Below, in pieces: positions 18,972-28,575 of a stretch of 64,000 nucleotides of DNA. The translations under genes were made by a program, and so were the position numbers. The notes below the pieces were generated by a model that saw nothing but the letters and a program-made list of their open reading frames with translations, did no database searches and was not told where the DNA came from. The DNA is from Candidatus Freyarchaeum deiterrae (GTDB lineage Archaea; Asgardarchaeota; Jordiarchaeia; Jordiarchaeales; Jordiarchaeaceae): NCBI GenBank assembly GCA_037305845.1, contig CP147778.1, positions 640,001 to 704,000 on the forward strand. Direction: 5' to 3'. Numbering within the stretch: the first letter of the stretch is position 1; every line of letters starts with the position of its first letter.

Positions 18972-20189
18972 TCAACCCACGCCCCTTAGTATATTATTAT
19001 AAACATCGATGCATTTCATAGCTGATTTGTTCCAATCAAACTTTTTTATCTCCATACTTCCATTCTGCCTTAGAGTATTCTGCAATTCTTGATATCTTAG
19101 GACACCCAGTATTTTGTCCACCAGTTGATTAATATCCCAGAAATCAACTTTCAAGCAATGCTTTAGCACCTCTGATACGCCGCTTTGTTTTGATATTATA
19201 ACTGGTGTTCCGTTCTTCAAAGACTCTAATGGAGCTATCCCGAACGGCTCGGAAACAGAAGGCATAACATACACATCAGCCATCCGGTAAAGTCTATCCC
19301 GCTCTTCATCCGTCACAAAACCCGCAAAAAGAACCTTATCTGCTATCCCCAGCTCTGCAACTCTCTCTATGAGACGCCATTCCATACTCCCTGTCCCCGC
19401 TATGATGAACTTTATATTGGGATCAAACTCGAGACATTTCTTGGCGGCTTCCACAAAGTAGTCAGGACCCTTCTGAAGAGTTAATCTTCCTAAAAATAGC
19501 ACTATCCTGTCCTTTTTATTTATTTTAAAGTTGTTTTCAAACGGGGTAGATTCAACATCTATAGCATTATAAATTACAGTTACTTTATCTGGATTTATGT
19601 CATAATGCCGTACAATCTTATCCTTGGTAAATTGTGAAACTGCAATAATTTTATCAGCCTCATGCATGCCTCTTCTCTCTGCGTCATAGACTAGCGGATA
19701 AACATTCCCTCCGGTTCTATCAAGTTCCGTAGCGTGCACCTGAACTATGAGAGGTTTGCCTGACGCTTTTTTAGCTCTTATTCCAGCTTGAAAGGTCATC
19801 CAGTCATGGCAATGTATCACGTCAAACTCTTCTTTTTCAGCTAATAGAGCAGCCTTCGTAGAGAACCTATCGACTTCCTGAAAAAGATCTTCCCCGTACA
19901 ATATTCTCTCTTTGGGATTTCTCGAGTATTTCAGATAGGCATTTCGATATTGAGAAGAGCTTATGTAAGCGCGTAAAGGTGAATTAACACCTATAATCTT
20001 CATCCTATTCGGATTATTGGTTGAAACAAGCCTAACGTACTCCGCTTCCGTGTTTTCCGCGGCGTAAGGCATAACAAAAGTAATTTCAGCACCTTGATTA
20101 CTTAAACCTCTGGTGAGTCCGTAACATGCTGTTCCTAAACCTCCCGAACTCATAGGAGGAAATTCCCAACCAAACATTAGTATTTTCAA
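18972..20189 (-). CDS. GT4 glycosyltransferase (glycogen synthase-like)
   Basis: WEFPPMSSGGLG, HCHDW, GRLTLQKG, PSVSEPFGI; likely TTG start at 20189 (ORF track 20237). Confidence 0.9.
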   Translation of the reverse strand: MKILMFGWEFPPMSSGGLGTACYGLTRGLSNQGAEITFVMPYAAENTEAEYVRLVSTNNPNRMKIIGVNSPLRAYISSSQYRNAYLKYSRNPKERILYGEDLFQEVDRFSTKAALLAEKEEFDVIHCHDWMTFQAGIRAKKASGKPLIVQVHATELDRTGGNVYPLVYDAERRGMHEADKIIAVSQFTKDKIVRHYDINPDKVTVIYNAIDVESTPFENNFKINKKDRIVLFLGRLTLQKGPDYFVEAAKKCLEFDPNIKFIIAGTGSMEWRLIERVAELGIADKVLFAGFVTDEERDRLYRMADVYVMPSVSEPFGIAPLESLKNGTPVIISKQSGVSEVLKHCLKVDFWDINQLVDKILGVLRYQELQNTLRQNGSMEIKKFDWNKSAMKCIDVYNNILRGVG

Positions 20190-20696
20190 ATTACATCCTT
20201 CCCATAGATTATAGAAGACCACCCTCCACACACGCACACTAAATTGATGATTTGGTGCGAGTGCTGTCTGGATAAATTATAGGTAAACATCAATTTTTAG
20301 TTATACATTATATGGGGTTTCCCTAGAAATTTTACTTAAGGAAATTAATTACTCCAAAAGTCTTCCTCGCATATGAAACCCTTTTTTATATTATCAAGAA
20401 ATGCTTGGTAATTCTTAAGCTTTTCGCAATTCGAAGTTGTTTGACAGACACCGTGCCCAGTCGGTGAGCGCGTAATATTTTTGGGAAGCGAGTGAAAAAA
20501 GGTCGAGTTTTCCAACTAGAACCTTTCGATCTATTCGCTAACACTTGAATGGAGCTCGGAAATATTGAAATTAATAAGAAAGAGGTTTATCTCCTCTCCT
20601 ACGAGTTGAGAGGGGAACTTCATACATGGAGAGGCAAGGATTTAATCTGAGGGTTTAAGGGTGGATAGAAAAAAAATTTAATATAGTTAATAGAAC

Positions 20697-21413
20697 TTGT
20701 TGAGGAATAATCTAGGAATCAAAATAAGGTGTTCACAAATGCGCAGAATGGAGTTTGAGGGCAAAGAATTAAGAATGGTAGTTTTCGATTTCGACGGAGT
20801 TTTGTATGATGGAGATAGCCACAGCGTGGAATTGGCTGAAAAGCTGGGAATACGTGGAGAAGTCACGAAGATCTTTAAAGATATGCGAGGGGGAAAAATT
20901 TCTGTTGAAGACGCCATAACCAGATCCGCACTCTACTGGAAGGACATTGACGTAGACAGAGTTCTGAAAATGATGAGAGAAATGAAGCTACGGAAGGGCT
21001 CTAAGGAAACCATTCAAAAACTGAAGAAAGCAGGATACTTAACAGCTCTTGTCAGCTGCGGTGGAAGTAACACCGGATTTCAAGCAACCAAGGAAAAACT
21101 AGGACTTGACTATGTTTACAGTAATTCCGCCGAAGTGGTGAATGGAAAGTTTACGGGAATGCTTACAGCGCCACCTGTAGGAGCCAAGGAGAAAGCAGAA
21201 CTATTCTTAAAAGTAGCCCAAGAGGCTGATGTTGACCCCTCAGAGTGCGCCGTGATTGGCAACGACGAAATGGACATACCAATGTTCTTGAAGGCGAAAT
21301 ACAGCATAGCCGTAAATCCTTCTGAGGGCCTAAAAAAATATTCCAAGTTCATTTTAAATTTAAAGGATATGAGGGAAATACTCCCTTACTTAATTGTGGA
21401 AAATAAAAAATAA
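20697..21413 (+). CDS. HAD phosphatase, phosphoserine-phosphatase-like
   Basis: FDFDGVL motif I, VSCGG motif II, K...IGNDEMD motifs III/IV. Confidence 0.8.
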   Translation: MLRNNLGIKIRCSQMRRMEFEGKELRMVVFDFDGVLYDGDSHSVELAEKLGIRGEVTKIFKDMRGGKISVEDAITRSALYWKDIDVDRVLKMMREMKLRKGSKETIQKLKKAGYLTALVSCGGSNTGFQATKEKLGLDYVYSNSAEVVNGKFTGMLTAPPVGAKEKAELFLKVAQEADVDPSECAVIGNDEMDIPMFLKAKYSIAVNPSEGLKKYSKFILNLKDMREILPYLIVENKK

Positions 21414-21503
21414 AAAAAGATTTCATCTTTCTCAGCTTTGAGAAAGTTTAACGGATTTTCTTTCTCTTTTTGGGAATTATTTCTTCTGGTCTGCTTTGTT
21501 TGG

Positions 21504-22370
21504 TTATTTGATGTTTAGTATTTTTTGTGCGTTTTCACCCAAGATTTTTCTTTTGAAGCTCTCACTTATTGGTAGATCCTCGACGGCTTTTATTCCCGCA
21601 TCGAATGGAGAGAATGGAAAATCGGTGGCAAAAAGTAGCTTGTGTTCTAGCCCATTGTCGGTAAACGCTTGCCAAGGAAAGTACTGGTATAGGCTAAGCC
21701 AGACGGAAATGTCCAGATACGCGTTTTCGTGGCGTAGACAAATCGACCAAGCGTCCATGTACCAGGGTGCGGCGAGGTGCCCCATAATGATGGTTAGGTC
21801 GGGGTATTTTAGTGCTACTTCATCCCAGAGCATGGGTTGCCCGTATTTCGCCACGGATGTGGGAACGGAGGCTTGGTGGCCTGTGTGCGACCACACTGGT
21901 ATTTTCAGTTCTAGTGCCTTTTCCCACAAGGGATAGTATTTTTCATCGTTTGGATAGAATTTTTGCAGTGGTGGAACTAGTTTTAATCCCCTTAACTTCA
22001 GTTTGTGGACTCCGTACTCAAGGACGTTTACGGCGAATTTTCGGTTTGGGTCAACGGAGGCGAATCCTATTAGTTTGTCGGGGAATTTACTCGCCATTCT
22101 GGAGATATCTTCGTTTGTGCCCAGTTGGCATCCGTAGGAGGCTGATAGGTCCATGGGAACTATTACCGCCTTGTCTATTCCCGCGGCGGTTAAAGCCTTT
22201 ACAAAGTCTTCGATGGTTTGGTTTTGGTGTAGGAACAAGAAACCGTTTATGACCATTTGAGATTTTTCAGTTTTCGCTCTTTCTCCAAACATGCTCTTAA
22301 TAAGCGTATTCTGGTCTGGTAAAGGCGTCAAATCTTTACATACCGGATGCGTGTGAATATCAATTATCAT
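21504..22370 (-). CDS. Amidohydrolase_2 family protein
   Basis: IIDIHTH, SHTG, MGH, FATDFP; likely start MIIDIH at 22370 (ORF track 22502). Confidence 0.88.
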   Translation of the reverse strand: MIIDIHTHPVCKDLTPLPDQNTLIKSMFGERAKTEKSQMVINGFLFLHQNQTIEDFVKALTAAGIDKAVIVPMDLSASYGCQLGTNEDISRMASKFPDKLIGFASVDPNRKFAVNVLEYGVHKLKLRGLKLVPPLQKFYPNDEKYYPLWEKALELKIPVWSHTGHQASVPTSVAKYGQPMLWDEVALKYPDLTIIMGHLAAPWYMDAWSICLRHENAYLDISVWLSLYQYFPWQAFTDNGLEHKLLFATDFPFSPFDAGIKAVEDLPISESFKRKILGENAQKILNIK

Positions 22371-22554
22371 CCAAGAGGCTCTCCCTTTTTTCAAGTACAT
22401 TAATAGAATATTTTTTGAACTCTTATTTAAGCACTCTGCATCGAGGTAAGTTAAACCAAACATTTTTTCGGCGAATTTGTGGAGAAAATTCGAATTTCCC
22501 AAACAGAAAAATAAATAAATTTAGAAGAAAGATAAGTATAAGACGTTTATAATC

Positions 22555-23610
22555 TTGGTGAGTTGGAACCGTATGGACAGGCGGAAGTGGAAAAGGAATG
22601 TCACTATAATGGTGTTGGGTGCTTTCAATGCAGAATCACTCTCATCATCAACTCCGCCTTACCAGTGGGTTTCTAACGGGTGGGCTATTTTTGTTACGTT
22701 TATGTTCTACGGGCTAATGCTGCTTGTTATTGAGGATTTGGTTTCCCGTTACTCTTTGGATTACCGCAAACTGCTTCTGATAGGATTCATATACGGCATA
22801 CTGGAAGAGGGGTTTTTAGCTCTCACCAATGAATTACCAGCTCCACCAGGATTTATGGCGGGGTTTGGGCGTTACTATGGGTTGAATGTTCCTTGGACCA
22901 TTTTTATTTCGGAGTTTCACGCGATATACACTGTGGTTTTAACCTTCATGATTGCGGATCTCATTATTCCCAGGGAGAAAACGGGCCCCGTGCTTTCCAA
23001 AAAACAATATGTCCCTGTCCTAGCGTACTTAGCATTTCTTTACCTGTTTGTACCAAACGCTGTGATAAATATGGTTAGTACGAAAAGCAATTTTGCTATG
23101 CTTCTGTTTGAGCCCCAGTTTTATCTGAGTAACTTCTTCCTGATTAACTCAATTAAAATTTATCCAACAGGGGAGTCTGTTGTAATTCAGTTGGTTGCTA
23201 TTCTGGTACTGTCTGTACTGGTGATACGGTTACCGAGATTGAACATGGATGGTTCTGGGAAGGAGGTTGTCAGCAGAAGAAGTTATGCAATTCGAGTATT
23301 GGCATTTGAGCTAATGTTTTGGGTTCCCTATATGATACAGTTTCTGCATGGTTCTGATTTTTTAGCTGTGATTTACTATCTACTGCTCCCGATTGTTTTC
23401 TGGAGGTTGATTCTATCCAAAATTAGGAGAGACAATCTATTTGACACTAAGAAGATTGCTGCGATAAGTTTGACTCTACTGCTATTCTTTGGAGGGTTTG
23501 GCGTCTTCATCTACTTTTTGAGAGGCGACCTTCTCGATGGTTTAATAGTTATAGCAGCTTTGGGGATTGAAGTTTGGTTAATAATCCGTAAATCTTCACA
23601 TAGCAATTAA
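22555..23610 (+). CDS. Polytopic membrane protein of unknown function
   Basis: ~9 hydrophobic segments; YGILEEG motif. Confidence 0.7.
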   Translation: MVSWNRMDRRKWKRNVTIMVLGAFNAESLSSSTPPYQWVSNGWAIFVTFMFYGLMLLVIEDLVSRYSLDYRKLLLIGFIYGILEEGFLALTNELPAPPGFMAGFGRYYGLNVPWTIFISEFHAIYTVVLTFMIADLIIPREKTGPVLSKKQYVPVLAYLAFLYLFVPNAVINMVSTKSNFAMLLFEPQFYLSNFFLINSIKIYPTGESVVIQLVAILVLSVLVIRLPRLNMDGSGKEVVSRRSYAIRVLAFELMFWVPYMIQFLHGSDFLAVIYYLLLPIVFWRLILSKIRRDNLFDTKKIAAISLTLLLFFGGFGVFIYFLRGDLLDGLIVIAALGIEVWLIIRKSSHSN

Positions 23611-23746
23611 GCGATGAAGCAAAAATAAATGTGAACCTAAGGGGGGGATAAAACATTTTTTAAAAGAAGATATGTCCGAAGGATTTGCCTCCTCGGACGA
23701 GTATTAGCTTACGAACCTTTTACTTTTTTTAAAAAGTGGAGAGTTA

Positions 23747-24829
23747 CTATTTGATATGTTCCCAGTATTCCGAGTTGATTATCACTTTTGAGTAATCACG
23801 AACGTATTCAAGTGATTGTTTAAGAGCGCAGTTGATTACTTCTAGATTTAGTAGTATTTTTGGCTCAATGGATTTTTCCGATTCTGCCTTTCTTATTTCG
23901 CTACGTGTTTTGAATATTTTATCTATTTTCCTTATTATTTCGTGAGCAGCCTTAGGATCTTTTTGAGTTCCAGCCGTTAGAACCTCGTCTATTAGGGTGA
24001 TTGCCTCATCACTGAGTTTCGAGTAGAGTTTTTGAATATCGCTCGGAATCTTAATGTTCTTGAAAGATTCTGTTTGTTGGGATATTTCCATCGAGGCATC
24101 AGCAATTCTTTCTATGCTCCTTACTACAACGCTCCAACCCATCGCGGCTCCGCCATTGTCTAAACCAATTTTTCGGGCAATAGCTTTATCGCGTATTCCC
24201 AGGGTTAGTAATCTTTGTATGAGCAGGTATAGTCGGTCGACCTCATCGTCCTGCGCTTCTATTTCTTTCATATTTTCGAGATTCGTGTCTACAATGCCTT
24301 TTATTGCTTTTTTGAACATGGACGAGGCGACTAGTGCCAATCGATTAACAACCTCTTCCAAGTTGAAGTCGGACGGTTCTAAAAGATTTTTGACTTTAAT
24401 TGAATTGGCGGATTCCGAGATGACCTCAAAACCGATGAGGTTGCGTATAGAGTCCACTGCTGCCCTTTTTTGTGAGGAATCCATATCCTTTTTCTTGGAA
24501 ATTATTTCCAGATTATCAACGCCCATCACATAGTTACCCAGAATTGTTGTTACTAATTCCGAATCGGAAAGACTATCCAAGAGTATTTTCGGAGCTGGTT
24601 TCTCTTTCTTTTTGGTTTCAAGAACTTTATTTATTCTCAGTTGACCTTCTTCTTCCTGTGTTATGGCGATAGTGTCTCCCCTCTTGATATTGTTAATTTT
24701 TATCCAATTTTTGGGGAGAGATACAATATAGGAAGACTTGCCAGTTATTTGCACTTTCCGAAATTCGATGTTTTCCTTTCCATCACTACTATCCATCGGC
24801 GACACCTTAATTATAACAGTGATGTACAA
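23747..24829 (-). CDS. AbrB-domain PhoU-family phosphate uptake regulator
   Basis: RKVQITGKSSYIVSLPKNW, DDEVDRLY, ERIAD. Confidence 0.88.
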   Translation of the reverse strand: MYITVIIKVSPMDSSDGKENIEFRKVQITGKSSYIVSLPKNWIKINNIKRGDTIAITQEEEGQLRINKVLETKKKEKPAPKILLDSLSDSELVTTILGNYVMGVDNLEIISKKKDMDSSQKRAAVDSIRNLIGFEVISESANSIKVKNLLEPSDFNLEEVVNRLALVASSMFKKAIKGIVDTNLENMKEIEAQDDEVDRLYLLIQRLLTLGIRDKAIARKIGLDNGGAAMGWSVVVRSIERIADASMEISQQTESFKNIKIPSDIQKLYSKLSDEAITLIDEVLTAGTQKDPKAAHEIIRKIDKIFKTRSEIRKAESEKSIEPKILLNLEVINCALKQSLEYVRDYSKVIINSEYWEHIK

Positions 24830-25056
24830 AATATATACAATATATATATAAAGTTTTTTAAAAAAAAGAAGCGTGAAAATCTATAGACTCCTTGGTGTAC
24901 GAACCCGAAAATGCAGACAAGAACCCAGCTTCAAATTTGTAACCCAATAGTTTGTCATTATCCCGTGAAACTATAAGCTCAAAGCAAAGTATTCCTCTTC
25001 AAGAACTAGAATAGAATTATAATTTAACAGAGCAGAGGAGCTTTGGGGAAGAGTAT

Positions 25057-25752
25057 CTACAAGAAACTAGGGCCAAGCAGGGGATAAAATAGGACATAAA
25101 CACCTAGTGTAACAAGTGTTCCAACTATTGCTCCCGCTATTGATTGCCAAGTTGTATGCGCTTTTAATTTGATTCTGCTCCAAACAACCAACACTATCAA
25201 AGCGACAACCGGAAGCGCTACCAGTCCAAAAACGCCCACGAGAGCAGTTGAAGGCCCAGAAACTCCGGCTGTATGCACACTAATTTTCCATTTTAGATTA
25301 ATTATAGCAACACTCAGAGTAACGAAAACATAAGACAGGGAAATAGCATACATAGCGGTTGATTTTCCGTAAAAAAATATCAGTGAACCAATTAAATAAA
25401 TCAAGATAGCAAAAATGAAGAAAGGAGTTCTACGAGTACGAGAAGACACCCAAATATCAACTCTTCCCAGAGCATATGCAACCAATACCGGAGAAACCGG
25501 GAGGAAAACAATGAAGATTATTCCAAGTAAAAAGCAATATAAAGAATTCAGTATGGGCCCGGTGCCAATGGGTGATGCAAAAGCTAAAATTAAGACAACT
25601 AAAAAAGCAAAGGGCTGAGGTGCAAGAACCTTAGAAATCAAGTCCGCAGCACGGTAAGCGGTGTCCCTCCTATTTCCCACAGTAGACTTGGTTCTTCGAA
25701 TTTTTTTAGCCTTATTATATCCATCATTTTTCCTTGTGGAATCAGGATTCAA
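25057..25752 (-). CDS. PAP2-like membrane protein
   Basis: WKISVH, WSRIKLKAHT, multiple TM helices. Confidence 0.72.
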   Translation of the reverse strand: MNPDSTRKNDGYNKAKKIRRTKSTVGNRRDTAYRAADLISKVLAPQPFAFLVVLILAFASPIGTGPILNSLYCFLLGIIFIVFLPVSPVLVAYALGRVDIWVSSRTRRTPFFIFAILIYLIGSLIFFYGKSTAMYAISLSYVFVTLSVAIINLKWKISVHTAGVSGPSTALVGVFGLVALPVVALIVLVVWSRIKLKAHTTWQSIAGAIVGTLVTLGVYVLFYPLLGPSFL

Positions 25753-25939
25753 ATACTTGCCTCCAAATTGTCTTAAAATATTCTCAATAATGTAGATTTT
25801 AACAGATAAAAAAATATTGCGAAACGGAGAGGGAAACCGGAACTTGTTGATAGTCTAACTAGTTGAATTGACGCTTCCTAAGATTTATATAAAATAAACG
25901 GATAGAGCCAATTTCTATTGCAGTTACTAATTGGGGTTT

Positions 25940-26146
25940 TCACTTTCCAATTATGACTTCTGTACTCTTTATTATTGCCTCTACCTTGTCTCCCACTTTC
26001 AACTTCATTTCTTCTGCGGAATCCTTGGTTATAACCGCGGTTATTGTTACTGGTGCATCAATTTTTATTTTGATTTTTGCGGTGATAACTCCCAGTTCAA
26101 CTTCTGTAATGCTACCTTTCATTTGGTTTCTTGCACTTAACTTCAA
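25940..26146 (-). CDS. mop: Molybdate-binding TOBE protein (Mop/molbindin)
   Basis: SARNQMKG, AVITKDSAEEMKLKVGD, IKSTEV; GAGGAG RBS. Confidence 0.9.
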   Translation of the reverse strand: MKLSARNQMKGSITEVELGVITAKIKIKIDAPVTITAVITKDSAEEMKLKVGDKVEAIIKSTEVIIGK

Positions 26147-26170
26147 TTTCGATCTCCTCCTCTATTCATA

Positions 26171-26719
26171 CTAAATCTGTTCGGGTTTATCTATCATTAC
26201 CTCTGTGGACTTTATGAATATTTTTACCTCACTACCCTTGTTAATTTCGAGTTCCTTAGTTGATTTCGTGGTAATCATGGATGTTATTGTAAAAGGTTTT
26301 TTCAATTCTACCTGAACAAAGGCGGCATTGTCTCCGACTTCCACATTGACTATTTCACCGCTTAATCGATTTTTATCAGGAATGGAAAAACCACAGGCCT
26401 CCCACAACTCAGAATTCTCCATAGCGTGTTCGATAAAGCTTTCAAAACGTTTGTATTTTTTGAGAAGATACTTCCCCATGGGAGTAAGCTTCATACCACC
26501 TCCGCCTTCTCTTCCACCCTTAAAGGGTTCGACTATTGGTTTGCCTATTCTTTTTTCGATTTTTTTTAAGTATCCCCAAGCGTATCTATAAGAAAGATTC
26601 AGGTTTTTCGCAGCTTTGGTGAGGGATCCCTCCTTCTCAATCTTTTCCAAAAGTTCAGCTCCGCCTTTTCCTAGAAGAGATTCGCCCTCTAATTCCAACC
26701 AGATTTTGGTCTTAATCAT
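26171..26719 (-). CDS. modE: ModE-family molybdate-responsive regulator (wHTH + TOBE)
   Basis: LLEKIEKEGSLTKAAKNLNLSYRYAW, GGREGGG.KLT, C-terminal TOBE; start uncertain (ORF track 26830). Confidence 0.85.
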   Translation of the reverse strand: MIKTKIWLELEGESLLGKGGAELLEKIEKEGSLTKAAKNLNLSYRYAWGYLKKIEKRIGKPIVEPFKGGREGGGGMKLTPMGKYLLKKYKRFESFIEHAMENSELWEACGFSIPDKNRLSGEIVNVEVGDNAAFVQVELKKPFTITSMITTKSTKELEINKGSEVKIFIKSTEVMIDKPEQI

Positions 26720-26840
26720 TACTTCCAAAAGCATCACCAACCCGAAGGCACCTATAAACCAGGAGGCCAGAATAATACTATATTTTCTTTCCGCTATTTC
26801 TACATATCTGCGATAAGAGAAGTTTTCCAAGTTATAAAAT

Positions 26841-27233
26841 CTATTTCGTAGTTTTTCCCTTGATTCTGTTCAGTCCCCTATCTATGAGTATGTCTCCTGT
26901 TTCGTTGTTTTTAATCTGAATCACTCTGTGGAAGGGGATTGGGGCCTCGTCCCCCATGTAGGAGTATGTGAAGAAGCCGCCAGCGATTTCAGTGATACTT
27001 GAGTAGGGGATTTCCTTTATGTTACCCTCATCAGTTCTGTGGATAAAAATTACAGAGTATGAATCCGGGTCGTGTCTCTTATCCCATCTAATCTCGTTGA
27101 GTAGGTCTCTAATGGTGATTCTCTTTCCTTCACGGCAATTCCTGCAGAGTAAAACAGTTCTACCCTTTTCTTTTACTTCCTCCACATCGAGGGTGCTGCC
27201 ACACTTTTCACAATGAATCTTCAAATCAGCCAC
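26841..27233 (-). CDS. Zn-ribbon + DUF504 (MJ1316-like) protein
   Basis: CEKC...CRNC, then IRDLLNEIRWD...IPFHRV. Confidence 0.78.
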   Translation of the reverse strand: MADLKIHCEKCGSTLDVEEVKEKGRTVLLCRNCREGKRITIRDLLNEIRWDKRHDPDSYSVIFIHRTDEGNIKEIPYSSITEIAGGFFTYSYMGDEAPIPFHRVIQIKNNETGDILIDRGLNRIKGKTTK

Positions 27234-27367
27234 TGAAACAATTTTTCAAGAGAGAAACATACTTCTGACAAAAATAAACCTTAGCCAAAGAAGGGAAATG
27301 ACTGAGGGTTAAGCAGCTCAAATTAATGTTTGATAACTCCTCTCAGATACATAGTTATTATTTAATT

Positions 27368-27934
27368 TTAGGAATCTTCTCCTTCATTTAATTTTTGCTC
27401 GGAGTTGTTACTGTCTGTTTTTTGTTCCGGTTTTTCGAATCTTTGTCGAATACTACCTGGAAGGTAGAATAATATCACAAAACCGAATGCTAGAGGAATA
27501 TAGTATGAGATTTGTACTAGTATTAAGTTAGAAGTTAGCGAGGATAGAAAGTATAATACGTTCAGATTTAACCCAGCGGGTATGAAGGGAAGAATTAGGT
27601 TAAACGCAGCATAGCAGCCCGTGAAATAGAAAGCCCATCTTTTCTGCCTGTAAAATCCTATGCCAGATACAAACAGGCCAACTCCCAAAACGAAGAGAGC
27701 TATCATAATTACAAGAATTTGAGGGATTGAGGGTAACTGAAGTAAGTAACTCAAGATCCAAGAGGATAAAAGATCCGGGGAATAAACATAAACTAGAAAA
27801 CCTGTCTGAAAGCTCATTACCTGCCAATTAAGCACAGGCAGCAGAGAGGAAAGATACCCGCTCAGTATAGTCATAAAAGACATGAAGAATAAGAAGATGG
27901 AAATTATCATTATATCCCAAGGTTTTGCGACCAT
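27368..27934 (-). CDS. Membrane protein of unknown function
   Basis: 4-5 hydrophobic segments; GIGFYRQKRWA. Confidence 0.7.
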   Translation of the reverse strand: MVAKPWDIMIISIFLFFMSFMTILSGYLSSLLPVLNWQVMSFQTGFLVYVYSPDLLSSWILSYLLQLPSIPQILVIMIALFVLGVGLFVSGIGFYRQKRWAFYFTGCYAAFNLILPFIPAGLNLNVLYFLSSLTSNLILVQISYYIPLAFGFVILFYLPGSIRQRFEKPEQKTDSNNSEQKLNEGEDS

Positions 27935-28160
27935 AAATAAAGCCTCAAAACAGTTTCAATAAACTACGATTATTTATGTATGAGGTAATAAAGTAGTGCT
28001 ATTGTTTAATAAGTGGGAAGAACCTTTATTTACTTTCTTGTTTATAAAAACCGATAAAAACGTTGTTAATTTTGTAAGCGAATCATGCTTGGTTAGATGT
28101 TTGGGAAGATGTTATAATTGTTTAATATAAAATGATTATATTGCTGTCCAAGAGGGTTTT

Positions 28161-28553
28161 GTGATGACTTTGGATGAGTTGGAGTATGGCGAGGTTGTTT
28201 CTATTATAAACGGTAATTTGACTCATGCCCAGCGATTATATGGAGAGGCGAAGATAAATTGGGTTGAGAGGGATATCCTTATCGCCGCCAGTGGACTTGC
28301 AAGGAGAGATAGGGGTGCTGAAGACCAGCTCCTTAAGCTTTCTGAGTACGTAGATGAGAAGAATTTTAAACAATTGAAAGATTTCGTGGAAAATCAGAAC
28401 AAAGTTACATGGCTAATTTTCGCGAAATCGTGCAGAGTTCACAGGGACGTACCTCCAACGGAGGAGAAGAAATGGAATTTAGTGGAGTATCGTAAGAAGA
28501 GCGTGATAGTTAGAGACTCCCTTGTTGAGGTTGTGGAGAAGAAACGCATGTAA
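28161..28553 (+). CDS. Hypothetical protein
   Basis: GAGGG RBS, coding-like composition, probably co-transcribed with the next gene. Confidence 0.6.
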   Translation: MMTLDELEYGEVVSIINGNLTHAQRLYGEAKINWVERDILIAASGLARRDRGAEDQLLKLSEYVDEKNFKQLKDFVENQNKVTWLIFAKSCRVHRDVPPTEEKKWNLVEYRKKSVIVRDSLVEVVEKKRM

Positions 28554-28575
28554 GTCAAATTTGGAGGGATTTGGT

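Noticed and set aside
23674-23698. Hairpin gtccgaagga-tttgcc-tcctcggac as SECIS or ncRNA
   Set aside because: No in-frame TGA selenoprotein candidate nearby; lies between convergent genes, so at most a terminator-like hairpin
26790-26815. Possible ModE operator upstream of modE
   Set aside because: Only loose resemblance to CGTTATATA-n-TATATAACG; not distinguishable from chance
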